Shown here piece by piece: positions 52,914-63,321 of a stretch of DNA of 64,000 bases. The stretch comes from Veleropilina oligotropha (Eukaryota), in contig JBEUKZ010000010.1 of NCBI GenBank assembly GCA_048128005.1, forward strand, positions 248,001 through 312,000. The letters are read 5' to 3'. Position 1 is the first letter of the stretch, and every line of letters begins with the position of its first letter. Position numbers and translations under genes: made by a program. The notes under the pieces were generated by a model that was given only the letters and a program-made list of their open reading frames with translations, had not been told where the DNA came from and did no database searches.

Positions 52914-53278
52914 ATAAAAGTCGCAATTCTTTCTCCGGGTGGCCCCTCGTACGATGATTTGACAATCACAGGTGATTTCAATGTTTTTTCAACGATTTTA
53001 TATGCGTCTCCAGGAGGTCCCTCGTTCGATGGTTTGACAATCACTGGTGCTTTCAATGTCTTTTCAACGATTTTAGATATGTCTCCAGGAGGTCCCTCGT
53101 TCGATGGTTTGACAATCACCGGCGCTTTCAATGTCTTTTCAATTATTTTTGATGTTTCTCCTAAAGACCCTTTTTTCGATGGTTTGAATGTTTTTTCAAC
53201 AGTTTTAGATGTTTGTTTGTTTGTTGTCATTAACTTTTCGTAATCGTGTTTGGTAATCAATATCATTTCCTTAGACAT
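52898..53278 (-). CDS. Polinton accessory protein with three to four 24-aa Lys/Pro-rich repeats
   Basis: KIVEKTLKAPVIVKPSNEGPPGD repeats (72-bp units); tightly packed with neighbouring genes. Confidence 0.7.
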   Translation of the reverse strand: MSKEMILITKHDYEKLMTTNKQTSKTVEKTFKPSKKGSLGETSKIIEKTLKAPVIVKPSNEGPPGDISKIVEKTLKAPVIVKPSNEGPPGDAYKIVEKTLKSPVIVKSSYEGPPGERIATFIWLPY

Positions 53279-53597
53279 GCTCGATCAGAGAAAGTGTGGG
53301 TTCCACTAACAAGGGTGCTAATGCGTGATGTCTCAATAATCTGCTCTTCTTCTTGGCATGACTTGTTCCACGGCTTGACAGTGCCACAATGAGCTTTTCG
53401 TAAGGTCGCAGCTTATTTATATATTCGGGACTCACTTTAATATTGCCTTTCAAAATATTTAAGGAGATTTGAGAAAGGGCGTTCATTTGATCTTCATTCA
53501 TGTGTTCGATTAAGGCCTTGCGTTGGCTTTTATGACACTGGTGCAAAATTTTCAGGAAGGCAGCCTGCGAGGTGACCTTATCGCACATGTTGTTCAT
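53271..53597 (-). CDS. PW: Polinton PW-like basic protein
   Basis: LKIL..QRKALI...LNILKGNI...KLR...KKK..L pattern and position next to the ATPase. Confidence 0.78.
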   Translation of the reverse strand: MNNMCDKVTSQAAFLKILHQCHKSQRKALIEHMNEDQMNALSQISLNILKGNIKVSPEYINKLRPYEKLIVALSSRGTSHAKKKSRLLRHHALAPLLVEPTLSLIEHV

Positions 53598-53625
53598 ACT
53601 GATGAAAATGTGCTCGAGACTCTAA

Positions 53626-54252
53626 TTATATAGGGATGTAGACAATGGTAGCCTCGTTTGTAAAAATGTGCGTGCGCAGCTGAAAAAGTTTATCAGAACT
53701 GGGGCATAAATCAATAACCAAATATCCATAATTTTCGGAAGTGGCTTTATCGTATGCATCTTTAAAATAAGCAGATTGACCTGGATAAATCTGCGAACCA
53801 AAGGTTAATATTTGTCTCGTGTCCCTTAAATTTCGAAATAGCACAAAATAAGAGCAATTCAAAGATATGCTTCTGGCAAATTTGCCTGGTGGATAGAGAT
53901 TTTGTGTGATAAATATGCATGTCACATTCTTATGGTGTGACGTAATAGTGAATAAATGAACGCAGTCCTCAGATTGAACAATTCTTAGCATCAGATCATC
54001 CAAAACTAAGATAACATGACCACCATCTGCAAACTTTTCAATATCTTCTTTGGAGGGTAGTCCTTGGTGAAATATGATGTCTTTTTTCATCGTGTCAAAC
54101 AATGGTTGATATTCCGAATAAGCATATATGATTTTGCTGGCTGGCGTCGTAAACATATCGTTTTCGAGTAAACGTTTGGCAAAATAACTTTTACCTGACT
54201 GCGTGGCACCAGATATCATTATCGTGGCCGGCGATTTAAACTGAAGTGACAT
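53626..54252 (-). CDS. ATP: A32/FtsK-HerA family DNA packaging ATPase
   Basis: Walker A GATQSGKS, Walker B VILVLDD, SHH..ITQN, GYLVIDL; frame open to 54321, likely start MSLQFK. Confidence 0.95.
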   Translation of the reverse strand: MSLQFKSPATIMISGATQSGKSYFAKRLLENDMFTTPASKIIYAYSEYQPLFDTMKKDIIFHQGLPSKEDIEKFADGGHVILVLDDLMLRIVQSEDCVHLFTITSHHKNVTCIFITQNLYPPGKFARSISLNCSYFVLFRNLRDTRQILTFGSQIYPGQSAYFKDAYDKATSENYGYLVIDLCPSSDKLFQLRTHIFTNEATIVYIPI

Positions 54253-54299
54253 GTTTAAAAACTCAACGCATAATGACGATAACATTTTTTTAATACAAT

Positions 54300-54386
54300 A
54301 TATAAGGATTACAGAGTACATAGGTCAGATATAAGGATTACAGAGTACATAGGTCAGATATAAGGATTGCAGGGTACATAGATCAG
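54300..54386. repeat. 29-bp tandem repeat x3 between MCP and ATPase
   Basis: ATATAAGGATTACAGAGTACATAGGTCAG repeated. Confidence 0.88.
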
Positions 54387-54390
54387 TGAC

Positions 54391-55713
54391 TTATGGTTTA
54401 ATATAGGTCACTGTGCGTGATTTATCGATTTCGAGCAGAGATGGGAAAACAGCAAATGCAAGACAATTTATAGGTTGTGTGATTGCAGATTGAAATCTTA
54501 TTTCCAAGCGGGTGTTTCCATGTTGAATCAAATTAATATATTTCGTTCCTAAATCGCATGGGTCCAATGTAAATACAAAGAAAGAATATCCCTCCGCAAA
54601 ATCGATTCTACTTATTGCTAGTCCGCCATCTTTATTTGTCAGGTTGCACATGTCGAATAAATTATTGTAGGCTGCTGCGTTTCCACCTCTCGAACTAAAG
54701 TCCAGTTTCAATGGTGCTCCAGGAAGACTTTCTCCGTTGACATATAGACCAACTTCTTTAACGTTAAAGTGTTCAAAATTAAATGGGTTGCCGGTATACG
54801 ATCCATTAACAGACATTTGATTAATCAGTCCCACGATTAATTTCGACGGTCTAGCATTTGGCCACATATTATCCCAAAAGAATTCATTCGATCCTTGTGC
54901 TATCGTATTCATTTTCACTTCTGTTCTTTCGAGCGCATATTTTGCGGGGGTTTGCTCCAATTGCTTCATGTTATGCAATATGACACCTGAATCAAGCCGT
55001 ACTTTAGCCACTTTATAAATAACATCGATTAATTCAAGTTTATATGCTGATGAATTTTCTTCTGACATGAATATAAATGGTGATCTGGATCTGAACATTT
55101 TTATATAAATATCGACTCCGTTCAATAAATATTTATCCAAAGAAAATATATCTTCAAGTAACGGACCCTCCATTTGAAAAGGTTGGCTATCTTTTGTAAA
55201 AACATAACGCAGCCTAAAACCCCTGTTGAATCCGTCTACTGGGTCAGTTGAGTTCATGGGTGGAATGTCTTTAAAAAATAACTGACTTTGTAGCTGAGAA
55301 TTCTGTTCATCGGTTCCTGACGACAATATGGTTTTAAGGTACGCTTTCCACGGATAATTACTCGTATTCAAAGATACAAGTTTATTATTCATGTACACAT
55401 CAATCTGTGACCACATCGCATGTAATGGCAAATTAATAATGCTTATCTTTTCATCTTTAATGAGTCGCGAGCCACCTGCCCGAACGATTCTTGCTTTGAC
55501 GTACAAACGACTGCGTTTTAAATCAATGAATTCAGGTCCTTGTCCAGAAATTAAAATTTCAACTGGTGCATCTTCATTGTTAATGGCAGAAACAGGCCGC
55601 GCTTCGGCATAATACATTTTATTAATAGCCACTTGGTTTGGGGGTACGGTAAAAAGTGCTAATTCTGACGGTAATGCAATGTCCTTGTTTTCTTCGCTGA
55701 GATACGACGCCAT
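54391..55713 (-). CDS. PY: Double jelly-roll major capsid protein
   Basis: SELxLFxVPPxQ, FIDL..SRLYV, NYPWKAYL, KYLLNGVD, NPFNFEHF, GY.FFVF.L, GN.RLEIRF motifs of Polinton MCP; 440 aa. Confidence 0.92.
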   Translation of the reverse strand: MASYLSEENKDIALPSELALFTVPPNQVAINKMYYAEARPVSAINNEDAPVEILISGQGPEFIDLKRSRLYVKARIVRAGGSRLIKDEKISIINLPLHAMWSQIDVYMNNKLVSLNTSNYPWKAYLKTILSSGTDEQNSQLQSQLFFKDIPPMNSTDPVDGFNRGFRLRYVFTKDSQPFQMEGPLLEDIFSLDKYLLNGVDIYIKMFRSRSPFIFMSEENSSAYKLELIDVIYKVAKVRLDSGVILHNMKQLEQTPAKYALERTEVKMNTIAQGSNEFFWDNMWPNARPSKLIVGLINQMSVNGSYTGNPFNFEHFNVKEVGLYVNGESLPGAPLKLDFSSRGGNAAAYNNLFDMCNLTNKDGGLAISRIDFAEGYSFFVFTLDPCDLGTKYINLIQHGNTRLEIRFQSAITQPINCLAFAVFPSLLEIDKSRTVTYIKP

Positions 55714-55715
55714 TT

Positions 55716-56081
55716 CTATTCTCGACTGAATATAGTGTCAGTTGTCCTCTTCTTGACTGCTTTTGACAAAGTGACGTTTTTTCTTTTCCTTCCTCTAGTT
55801 ACATTACCTGCTTGTTTCTGATTGGTCATTTTAATCGCATTCTGATTGGTCAATTCAATATGAGGAACGCCCTCTTTTTCATGTTTTTCGTGTTCGACTT
55901 TTGCCCTTTCGTTCACTGCAGCCATCGGTGTAGTCATGGGGATCATGTAAGGAGTTCTATATCTGCCTGCCACGCCTCTGTTTTGAGGATATGGCGCATA
56001 AGCACTGACTTTACCCTCGCGTAAATCTTTATATATTTGATCCCATTGTCCTGGCACGCTAACATACACTTTTCCTGACAT
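55716..56081 (-). CDS. Small basic protein, possible virion core protein
   Basis: Lies between penton and MCP with abutting ends; C-terminal RGRKRK..KKR. Confidence 0.72.
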   Translation of the reverse strand: MSGKVYVSVPGQWDQIYKDLREGKVSAYAPYPQNRGVAGRYRTPYMIPMTTPMAAVNERAKVEHEKHEKEGVPHIELTNQNAIKMTNQKQAGNVTRGRKRKNVTLSKAVKKRTTDTIFSRE

Positions 56082-56466
56082 GTTTAAAATGAAGTGTCAC
56101 CGTCACTGTTTCGTTCAAGAATGAAGCGTTGTTGTCATTTACATCTTTTATATACAAATGAATGTGGTGCAACCGACTCTGCTTCAACGGAATATAATAT
56201 GGATTTTGATATATTACAGAACCGCTATTTGTAACTCGTCTTAATAATGGCACCTCTTTGCCTCCAACAAAACTTTCGGCACATGCATCGAAATATACGT
56301 AGAGATCTCTTCTGAATTTGGACTTTTTCCTCGAAAATTCCGTTAATGCAACAGACCATTGACCGTCAAATTTCACTTCTCTATCCAATTGCACTCTGAA
56401 ATCGTAGGGTGTATTTTCAAAGTAGTCAGAGCTGTCAGTAGACGTCAGCACCATGCGGAGACTCAT
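56059..56466 (-). CDS. PX: Minor capsid (penton, single jelly-roll) protein, very short
   Basis: L.S.DS..YF.NT..DFRVQL, GQWSVALTE, LYVY.D...SFVG...PLLR, YYIPL, TLHFK; frame open to 56490. Confidence 0.88.
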   Translation of the reverse strand: MSLRMVLTSTDSSDYFENTPYDFRVQLDREVKFDGQWSVALTEFSRKKSKFRRDLYVYFDACAESFVGGKEVPLLRRVTNSGSVIYQNPYYIPLKQSRLHHIHLYIKDVNDNNASFLNETVTVTLHFKHVRKSVC

Positions 56467-56493
56467 GTTGAAATGACGCAAGCGACGCATTTT

Positions 56494-57558
56494 TCACTGT
56501 ATATCGGCCTCTGGGATCCACGAATTGAACTTGACCGGCCAACCCATCCATTTAATAAACACCTGGTTCTGACCACCTCGTTTTCTTCTTCTCAACACTT
56601 TTTCAATACGCCAGATAGCACCTGCCTCTTTATTCACTGCTTGTAATTCTTTTTCGTAGAACGTGCCGTTGATGACTTCCTCGTCGTAATCTTTTAATTT
56701 ATAAATGGGGATTCCCTGTCTTTTATATCTACGTTCGATAATAAACAGTTCTTCAGACCATTTTTGTTGATAATCACGTAGAAAAGGCCTTTTGAGATGA
56801 GATATTCTCACTTTGTCACCCACGTTAAACTTGTATTTCCTGACCACTTTCTTTGATTTCTTTCGAGATAGATACATCACGTACCTGGCTTCGGCTTCGT
56901 TTTGTTTGTTTATGTTACCCGGCATCCATTGACCTAACGATCTGTGAGGCCTGTTGTTGTAACTCAACACCAATTCTTGTAATACATCGATATATCTGTA
57001 GGTCTGTTTTGATGTGAAGTATCTGTACATCATCCCCTTTAATGTTTTAATCACTCTTTCTGCATAATTAGCTTTTGTTTCGTTTTTGGTGAATCGCACA
57101 ACAACGTTTTCTTTAGCCAAATAAGGTTTAACCCATCTGTTGTTGAATTCGCTCCCTTTATCAAATCTGATGGTATTTGGTTTTCTCCCTTGTTCGAATA
57201 TGAATTTCAAGGCTTGAACGATCGTTTTTCCTAGTTTGTTCTTTAAGGGTACCACCCATAAATATCGCGAAAAGACATCTATCACTACGAGCAGAAACGT
57301 AATGCCATCGTTATATTTGGTTAAATTCTGCACATCGGCCAAATCGCCATCAAACATGGCATCTAACCCCTTGACAACCACGTGACTACGCTCAAATTTG
57401 CGAATTACTCCTTTTTGTAAACTATAGGCATCTTGATTTTGAAGCCACTGTATAATGAGTTTCATGGGTATTTTACGACTCCTCGCCATACGATACAATT
57501 TGTCGGGCCCCGCATAGCCAGTCTTGGGCCAAAGTTCTTTCAAATATGCTTCTGACAT
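56494..57558 (-). CDS. INT: Retroviral-like (rve) integrase with C-terminal chromodomain
   Basis: DDE triad DLAD / FDKGSEF / AERVIKT, YNNRPHRSL; IEKVL...IKWMGWP..FNSWI. Confidence 0.96.
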   Translation of the reverse strand: MSEAYLKELWPKTGYAGPDKLYRMARSRKIPMKLIIQWLQNQDAYSLQKGVIRKFERSHVVVKGLDAMFDGDLADVQNLTKYNDGITFLLVVIDVFSRYLWVVPLKNKLGKTIVQALKFIFEQGRKPNTIRFDKGSEFNNRWVKPYLAKENVVVRFTKNETKANYAERVIKTLKGMMYRYFTSKQTYRYIDVLQELVLSYNNRPHRSLGQWMPGNINKQNEAEARYVMYLSRKKSKKVVRKYKFNVGDKVRISHLKRPFLRDYQQKWSEELFIIERRYKRQGIPIYKLKDYDEEVINGTFYEKELQAVNKEAGAIWRIEKVLRRRKRGGQNQVFIKWMGWPVKFNSWIPEADIQ

Positions 57559-57835
57559 TTTCGTAACGTGCTCTGAAAGTGGTGCGTCTACTTCGAGTTC
57601 CCTATCTCAAATGATGTTGGACTACCCTGTCATTAAAATACACACAAGTACAAAAAGATTTTTATTGACAAAGATTGATAATGGCAATTACAAATACAAG
57701 TTGTATACATCTTTGTTTCTTAGTGATTTGTTTAGAGAAAAAACACAACAATAACCGTTTCATAATCGATAATAATTCTTGCGGTACAAACATCTTTAGT
57801 GTAAAATAATCGCTTTATAATAATTATTACCAACA

Positions 57836-58081
57836 TCAACCATATTTAAAGGTTATGTTTTTGACATCGTGGTTTGATACATTTAACATGCGTAATGGCG
57901 CCAAATGTGGATATTTCTGTTTCGTGCACATTATATCATACACATTAGATGTAAATCCAATCGTAGTGCAAGTTAACAACAACACAACAAATCTAACTGT
58001 CCATTTTACTTTAAAGTTTCTGCTGGGTTCTTTCAGTTCTGTTAAAACGGTCTCCACAACTGCCTCTTCGGGTGTCATCAT
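57836..58081 (-). CDS. Small putative single-pass membrane protein
   Basis: Hydrophobic segment WTVRFVVLLLTCTTIGF; starts 4 nt after the PC4 stop; AATAAA-type signal downstream. Confidence 0.55.
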   Translation of the reverse strand: MMTPEEAVVETVLTELKEPSRNFKVKWTVRFVVLLLTCTTIGFTSNVYDIMCTKQKYPHLAPLRMLNVSNHDVKNITFKYG

Positions 58082-58085
58082 TTCG

Positions 58086-58592
58086 TCAGTCCTTGTGATT
58101 AGGATTGCAGAAGACGCACTGCAGATAGCCTAGCTGATTCTGATGGTCATGTTGTAAAGCGCAGGGGGTAACTGTGTTGAGTTCGGGTACAAAGTCTGGT
58201 ATAATTTCAATGGTGCCTTTCAGTTTCTCCCACTGTTCAATAGAGAGAAAAATCCCCTTTTTTGAGGGTTTCACGCAATCGGCCTCTTCGCACCACCACC
58301 ACTGACGGATGTCCACGCCTAGAAACTTCTTATCTACGCTAACGTACACGTTTGCACCGATGTGAGCGAATAAAATATCGTCGTTTCCATTCTTCAGCGT
58401 CGTTATCGTATCGTCAATGGATTTCACATGTCCTACCAATTCGGTCCATTGTTTTAACCTCAGGGGTATGCCTTCTTTGGTAGGAAATCCACTAGTATCA
58501 AAGTTTCGAATATGTACCAATATTTCACCACGCCACGGTGTAGCTGCCACGAACACATTGTTTCCTATTTCCAATCGACATCTAGAACTCAT
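58086..58592 (-). CDS. Tandem PC4-like ssDNA-binding protein with C-terminal Cys/His cluster
   Basis: VHIRNF...PTKEGIPL..KQW and VDIRQW...PSKKGIFLS.EQWEKL; C..HDHQNQ...CVFC; frame open to 58637. Confidence 0.88.
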   Translation of the reverse strand: MSSRCRLEIGNNVFVAATPWRGEILVHIRNFDTSGFPTKEGIPLRLKQWTELVGHVKSIDDTITTLKNGNDDILFAHIGANVYVSVDKKFLGVDIRQWWWCEEADCVKPSKKGIFLSIEQWEKLKGTIEIIPDFVPELNTVTPCALQHDHQNQLGYLQCVFCNPNHKD

Positions 58593-58639
58593 CTTTCTGA
58601 ATGATGAAAACATTGAAAAGCTCGTCTTATATAGCATTC

Positions 58640-58950
58640 AGTTTCTATTTATAGATTGACATCAGTTTCTATTTATAACAATAACAGGTCTCAACTTGTC
58701 GGTGCAGACGTCATCAGTTTCTATATGCAGACGTCATCAGTTTCTATTAATAGATTGAGGTGTTTTCCAACTACGTCACAAATACGTCACGTTCACCAGT
58801 TTCTATATGCAGACGTCAGCAGTTTCTATTAATAGATTGAGGTGTTTTCCAACTACGTCACAAATACGTCACGTTCACCAGTTTCTATATGCAGACGTCA
58901 GCAGTTTCTATTAATAGATTGAGGTGTTTTCCAACTACGTCACAAATACG
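58640..58950 (-). promoter_or_regulatory. ~82-bp tandem repeats x3 rich in TGACGT motifs upstream of the minus-strand gene block
   Basis: CAGTTTCTATATGCAGACGTCA...CTACGTCACAAATACGTCAC repeated; regulatory role inferred. Confidence 0.5.
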
Positions 58951-59554
58951 TGCACATTACATGGGTACCTCGTCATATAGGACACCGAATGGGTCTACCC
59001 ACTATATCATAGGTGTATACAATACTACCTCGTCCTATAGGAATGGGTCTACCCACTATATCATAGGTGTACCTCGTCGTATAGGACACCGAATGGGTCT
59101 ACCCACTATATCATAGGTGTACCTCGTCGTATAGGAATGGGTCTACCCACTATATCATAGGTGTACCTCGTCCTATAGGGTAGGGGCTACCCACTATATC
59201 ATAGGTGTACCTCGTCCTATAGGGCACCGAATGGGTATCCCTCTACCCAAGGATCCCTAGAGGGAGGGAGCGGCTGGCACTAGTACGGTTAATACTCTAC
59301 ACAGATATACACAGGTATTCATAAACAAACACGTGTATGACTCATCTGGGGGTATAATTATCTAGTACACAGATTACACATGTATGACTCATCTGAGGCT
59401 ATAATTATCTAGTATACAACATCTGAGGCTATAATTATCTAGTATACAACATAGATATGAGTCATACCTATACCTAACTACGTCACAGGTATTGCAACAC
59501 ACCTTGCAACACAGGTATGATGTCATTTGAGTGCAACGAGTCATCAGTACTACT
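58927..59554 (-). repeat. Polinton right TIR
   Basis: Inverted copy of the left TIR ending ACTACT. Confidence 0.93.
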
Positions 59555-61319
59555 CATGTTATTTCATCTTTGGGGCCATTTTGACCTAGTTTGCTCTTGG
59601 GGCCATTTTGACCGGGGCCATTTTGACCAGGGCCATTTTGACCGGGGCTATTTTGACCTACATTCGAGTGGAACAGGCCCATATAACCATGCAGGGGTAA
59701 TAATAATGCGCATTGAGACATGTGCGTAAGAATGCGCTGTATATCGGACCGTTACATTGTTAATTTGTCCGAATTACTCCTCGCAACCTGCTGGGAATAT
59801 TTCATCGGTACTTGGCATTTAACGCACTACCCGCTTATCTCAATCATGCTCCATATTTTGAAAAACTTTCAAGAAATATTTTCCATAATTTTTTTATATT
59901 TCAACATATTGAAATAATTTTAACAGGGTCGTTTTCGTATTATTAAATACAATAAATGGGCAATACAATAACACGGCCATTATTTAATTTGTCAAGCACA
60001 ACACTAACCACACACAAAGTTGCAGCGTGGGACAAATGGGTTATATATCCGGCCTAATTTCGGGTATTAGCATGTAGGCATATACATAAATAATTGCAGG
60101 TGATGTGGCTATCAGATGTAAGCTAACAAGTCAGATTAAAATATCAAATAGCGCGGCCTTGTCTACAAATAAAATCTGTAATTACCTTATTTTGACAGAA
60201 CAATGCCTATATCTGAAAATTGCGGGTTAAATTTATCTGTATTTTGTTATCATATGTAATTCAATACTTTTTGCCACGCGCCGGTATACAAGAAGGTAAT
60301 TTGACAACATGGGGTTAATAAATTATCGGAAACCATATCTCTGTCCTTTGTTTTTCTCTCTGTTTTTACCTTATAGCCGTCGATTACCTGTCAGCGGCAG
60401 CGTCATTAAGGTCAATTTTATGCCTTGCACCTGTAAATGTTGTCAAGAAAACTATGATTAAAATTGGGCACTTAACTCGAGCCATACAGAGAAAGCGAGA
60501 CTCATAAATTATATAGTTATTTCCACGTAACACGCAATTGCGTCGTTGTACGAATTGACAATCCTTAAAATTAAACTAGTTTAAACAATTGCATTGGTGT
60601 ACTGCAGACATACCAGTCACTTCAGACTTGCCTCTAATTAAGAATAAACGAATTTCAATTGCATTTACTTTTGTGTATGCCTACAGTGGTCAAAGATCAA
60701 AGTGGTTTCTGTAATATCCGCGGTTTGATTGCCTTCTAAGCAAATACGGTATACACACATTTAGTAGCCTTGGAGCAAAACTACACAAACACTAAAGTTA
60801 AAAGATTGAATTTAACATGACACCACAATGGTATATTGCTTTTGTAGTACCTCAACTAATGACGCAAGGCGAGAATCACGTCGTACAAAGCGCGCGGGTG
60901 ATTACCGGTACCCACTTACCGATGAGAAACACGTAAGGTGCCTGCGATCGTGCCCCTACGGGGGTCGGTCTACCATACAACAAACACGCGGTGAACACAC
61001 AAACACACACAATTATCAACTTCTTTGAAGAAAATTCTCATTTTAAGCCATTTTAACAGCGAATTATTTGGTAAATTAAGCACGGTAGACCACCAAGGCA
61101 CCAGAGATAATGCAACGTAACGCACGAAAGGATGGCCGCTCACGTGTGAAAGCAGGATAGTTATGATGTAATTATCTTGCCATATTTCCCTCTAAAGTAC
61201 TGTAAACAATACAAAATGTTTTGAAGCAAGAGTCTCAAATAAATGAATATGTATACGTAAACGAAATTTGCAGAAACCTCACATATAATTGCGTTAACAT
61301 AAGGACCATGCACCCTTCA

Positions 61320-61930
61320 TCTGTACATAACCTTCATTGCAACCACATATTTTATATGAAGAATGTGGATTAGAAACGTTGAGTGCAAGAAGAAAAATGA
61401 AAAAAATATGCCCCTTATACAAAATAATAAACCACATGACCCCCGACTATCTATATAATACTGTATTATACTTCCTGCCATTGTACGAGATACATCGCGA
61501 TATTCATTGAGAAACAGCGAAGATTTTGTCCAAATTCCATGTAGACTGGAAATAAATAAACAATCATTCTTTCCCTCAGTTATTCGAGAATGGATTTTAT
61601 TGCATTCTTCTTTAAACAAGCCATTACACTACACGATTTTAAAATACAACTTGCATCAAAAAGAATCCAACCTTTGTATCACATTACAGAATGAAGACAT
61701 CTTGATGTAATTCACAGAAAACTACGAAGAAATTGTAGTGCATTACATTCAAACTTATTATTGAAACTGCAGAACATTATTTTTTACAATGTCCACGTTA
61801 CCAGTCAGCGAAACATTTTATTATAATATCACACCTTCGAAATTTTGACTTCTCTGTAACTTTACTTTTATACGGCATCAACCCGCACGACCACCCTTAG
61901 TCAGAATTTTTTTTTAAAATATCTGTGATA
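61320..61930 (+). mobile_element. Degenerate LINE ORF2 3' fragment (CR1 group)
   Basis: SFFPSVIREW and ETAEHYFxQCPRY remnants. Confidence 0.6.
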
Positions 61931-61975
61931 CCAGTTTGTTGCCTTAGACTACTTCCATCTTGTTTTGAAATGAGC

Positions 61976-62165
<190 letters not shown>

Positions 62166-63321
62166 ATGTTGAATGTATAGGGAGGGGATGCTTTGAAGTT
62201 GCTATAACTTTAATCCGATCCCGTCTCAAATTATTTGCAATAAAATATGTTTAACCTAACCCTTTATAATTACAGTGATATACTAGGCCTACTTATATCA
62301 ACTGTCTCAAATAAATACATAAATACACTAAATGGTCTTCTTCTAACTACTGGTGTAGAAATAAGCAGTTTATATACTGGATTATTAATTACTGGTATTT
62401 GCGAATAAATGTGCATTGGAAGTGCAGCTCAATATACTTGCACACTTCACGGAAAATACCGATGTTTCCCGAGCTCTGCCCAAGCTAAACTTTATTTGTC
62501 ATATGCATCATGATGCGGATGAACATATACTCCTCCGAGCTGCTTTTACATTTACGAAAATATCAATCGGTAGCCCTCAACGTCCTTGTATATTCATTAC
62601 CTTATCAATTCGTTATTGTTATATGGTCCGTGCTGTTTTTCGGTCACCAGATGACGTCATGGTAAGAGTTATTATCTACTGTATTATGCAAGATATTGAG
62701 ACTTACGAAATATCGCAAAGTTGGAAGAAAGTTATTGAGACCACTTCCTTTTGCTTTAATGAAATGTCTACTGTCTTATCTCAATGGCAATAAAAGAATG
62801 ATCATGCCCCATGGCGTGTTCACCTTTAATATGTATAGGGCCTAAGTATGCTTGTCTCAATTAATTTTACATTTGGCAAGTAGCCTATAAATGGACCTGA
62901 TTGTTAAACAAATTATATTAGAAAATTGGTCAATTTTAATATGAATATTGATGTAAGTAGAGTGTCCAATGTCGCAATAAATATGAAAAAATACTAAAGT
63001 AGATTTCCAAATCTTTCATACATTTTCATACTAAACTACTTGTGCATCGGTAAAATATCAGAGTTAACCACATTCGTATATTTAATGAGCAAATGAGTTT
63101 TCTTTCGGTTTGAATTTTGAATATTATTTTTAACAGTTATATATGGTACGTACTTTGCTTTACGTTTCAATCCGGTCAGACGGACGCTGTGTGTAATGGA
63201 GACGGTATAAGAAATGAAACCAATATGGGGAATTGTAAAATAAGTTGTAGATACCACTATGAACAGAAACGGCATGATGGTATTTGCAAGCACTGCAGTC
63301 AACCATTTACAGCTACACACT

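Larger units (their letters stand above)
42735..59554. mobile_element. Polinton/Maverick (endogenous polintovirus/adintovirus-like), 16,820 bp, both ends intact
   Basis: AGTAGT...ACTACT termini, 6-bp TSD CATGTT (42729-42734, 59555-59560), long TIRs, pPolB, INT, ATPase and capsid genes. Confidence 0.97.
42025..59665. mobile_element. MULE/Foldback-like non-autonomous element (~0.8 kb of own sequence) hosting the Polinton
   Basis: 9-bp TSD GAGTGGAAC at 42016-42024 and 59666-59674; G...C ends; TIRs made of 15-bp GGTCAAAATGGCCCC repeats (about 8 left, 3-4 right). Confidence 0.82.
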
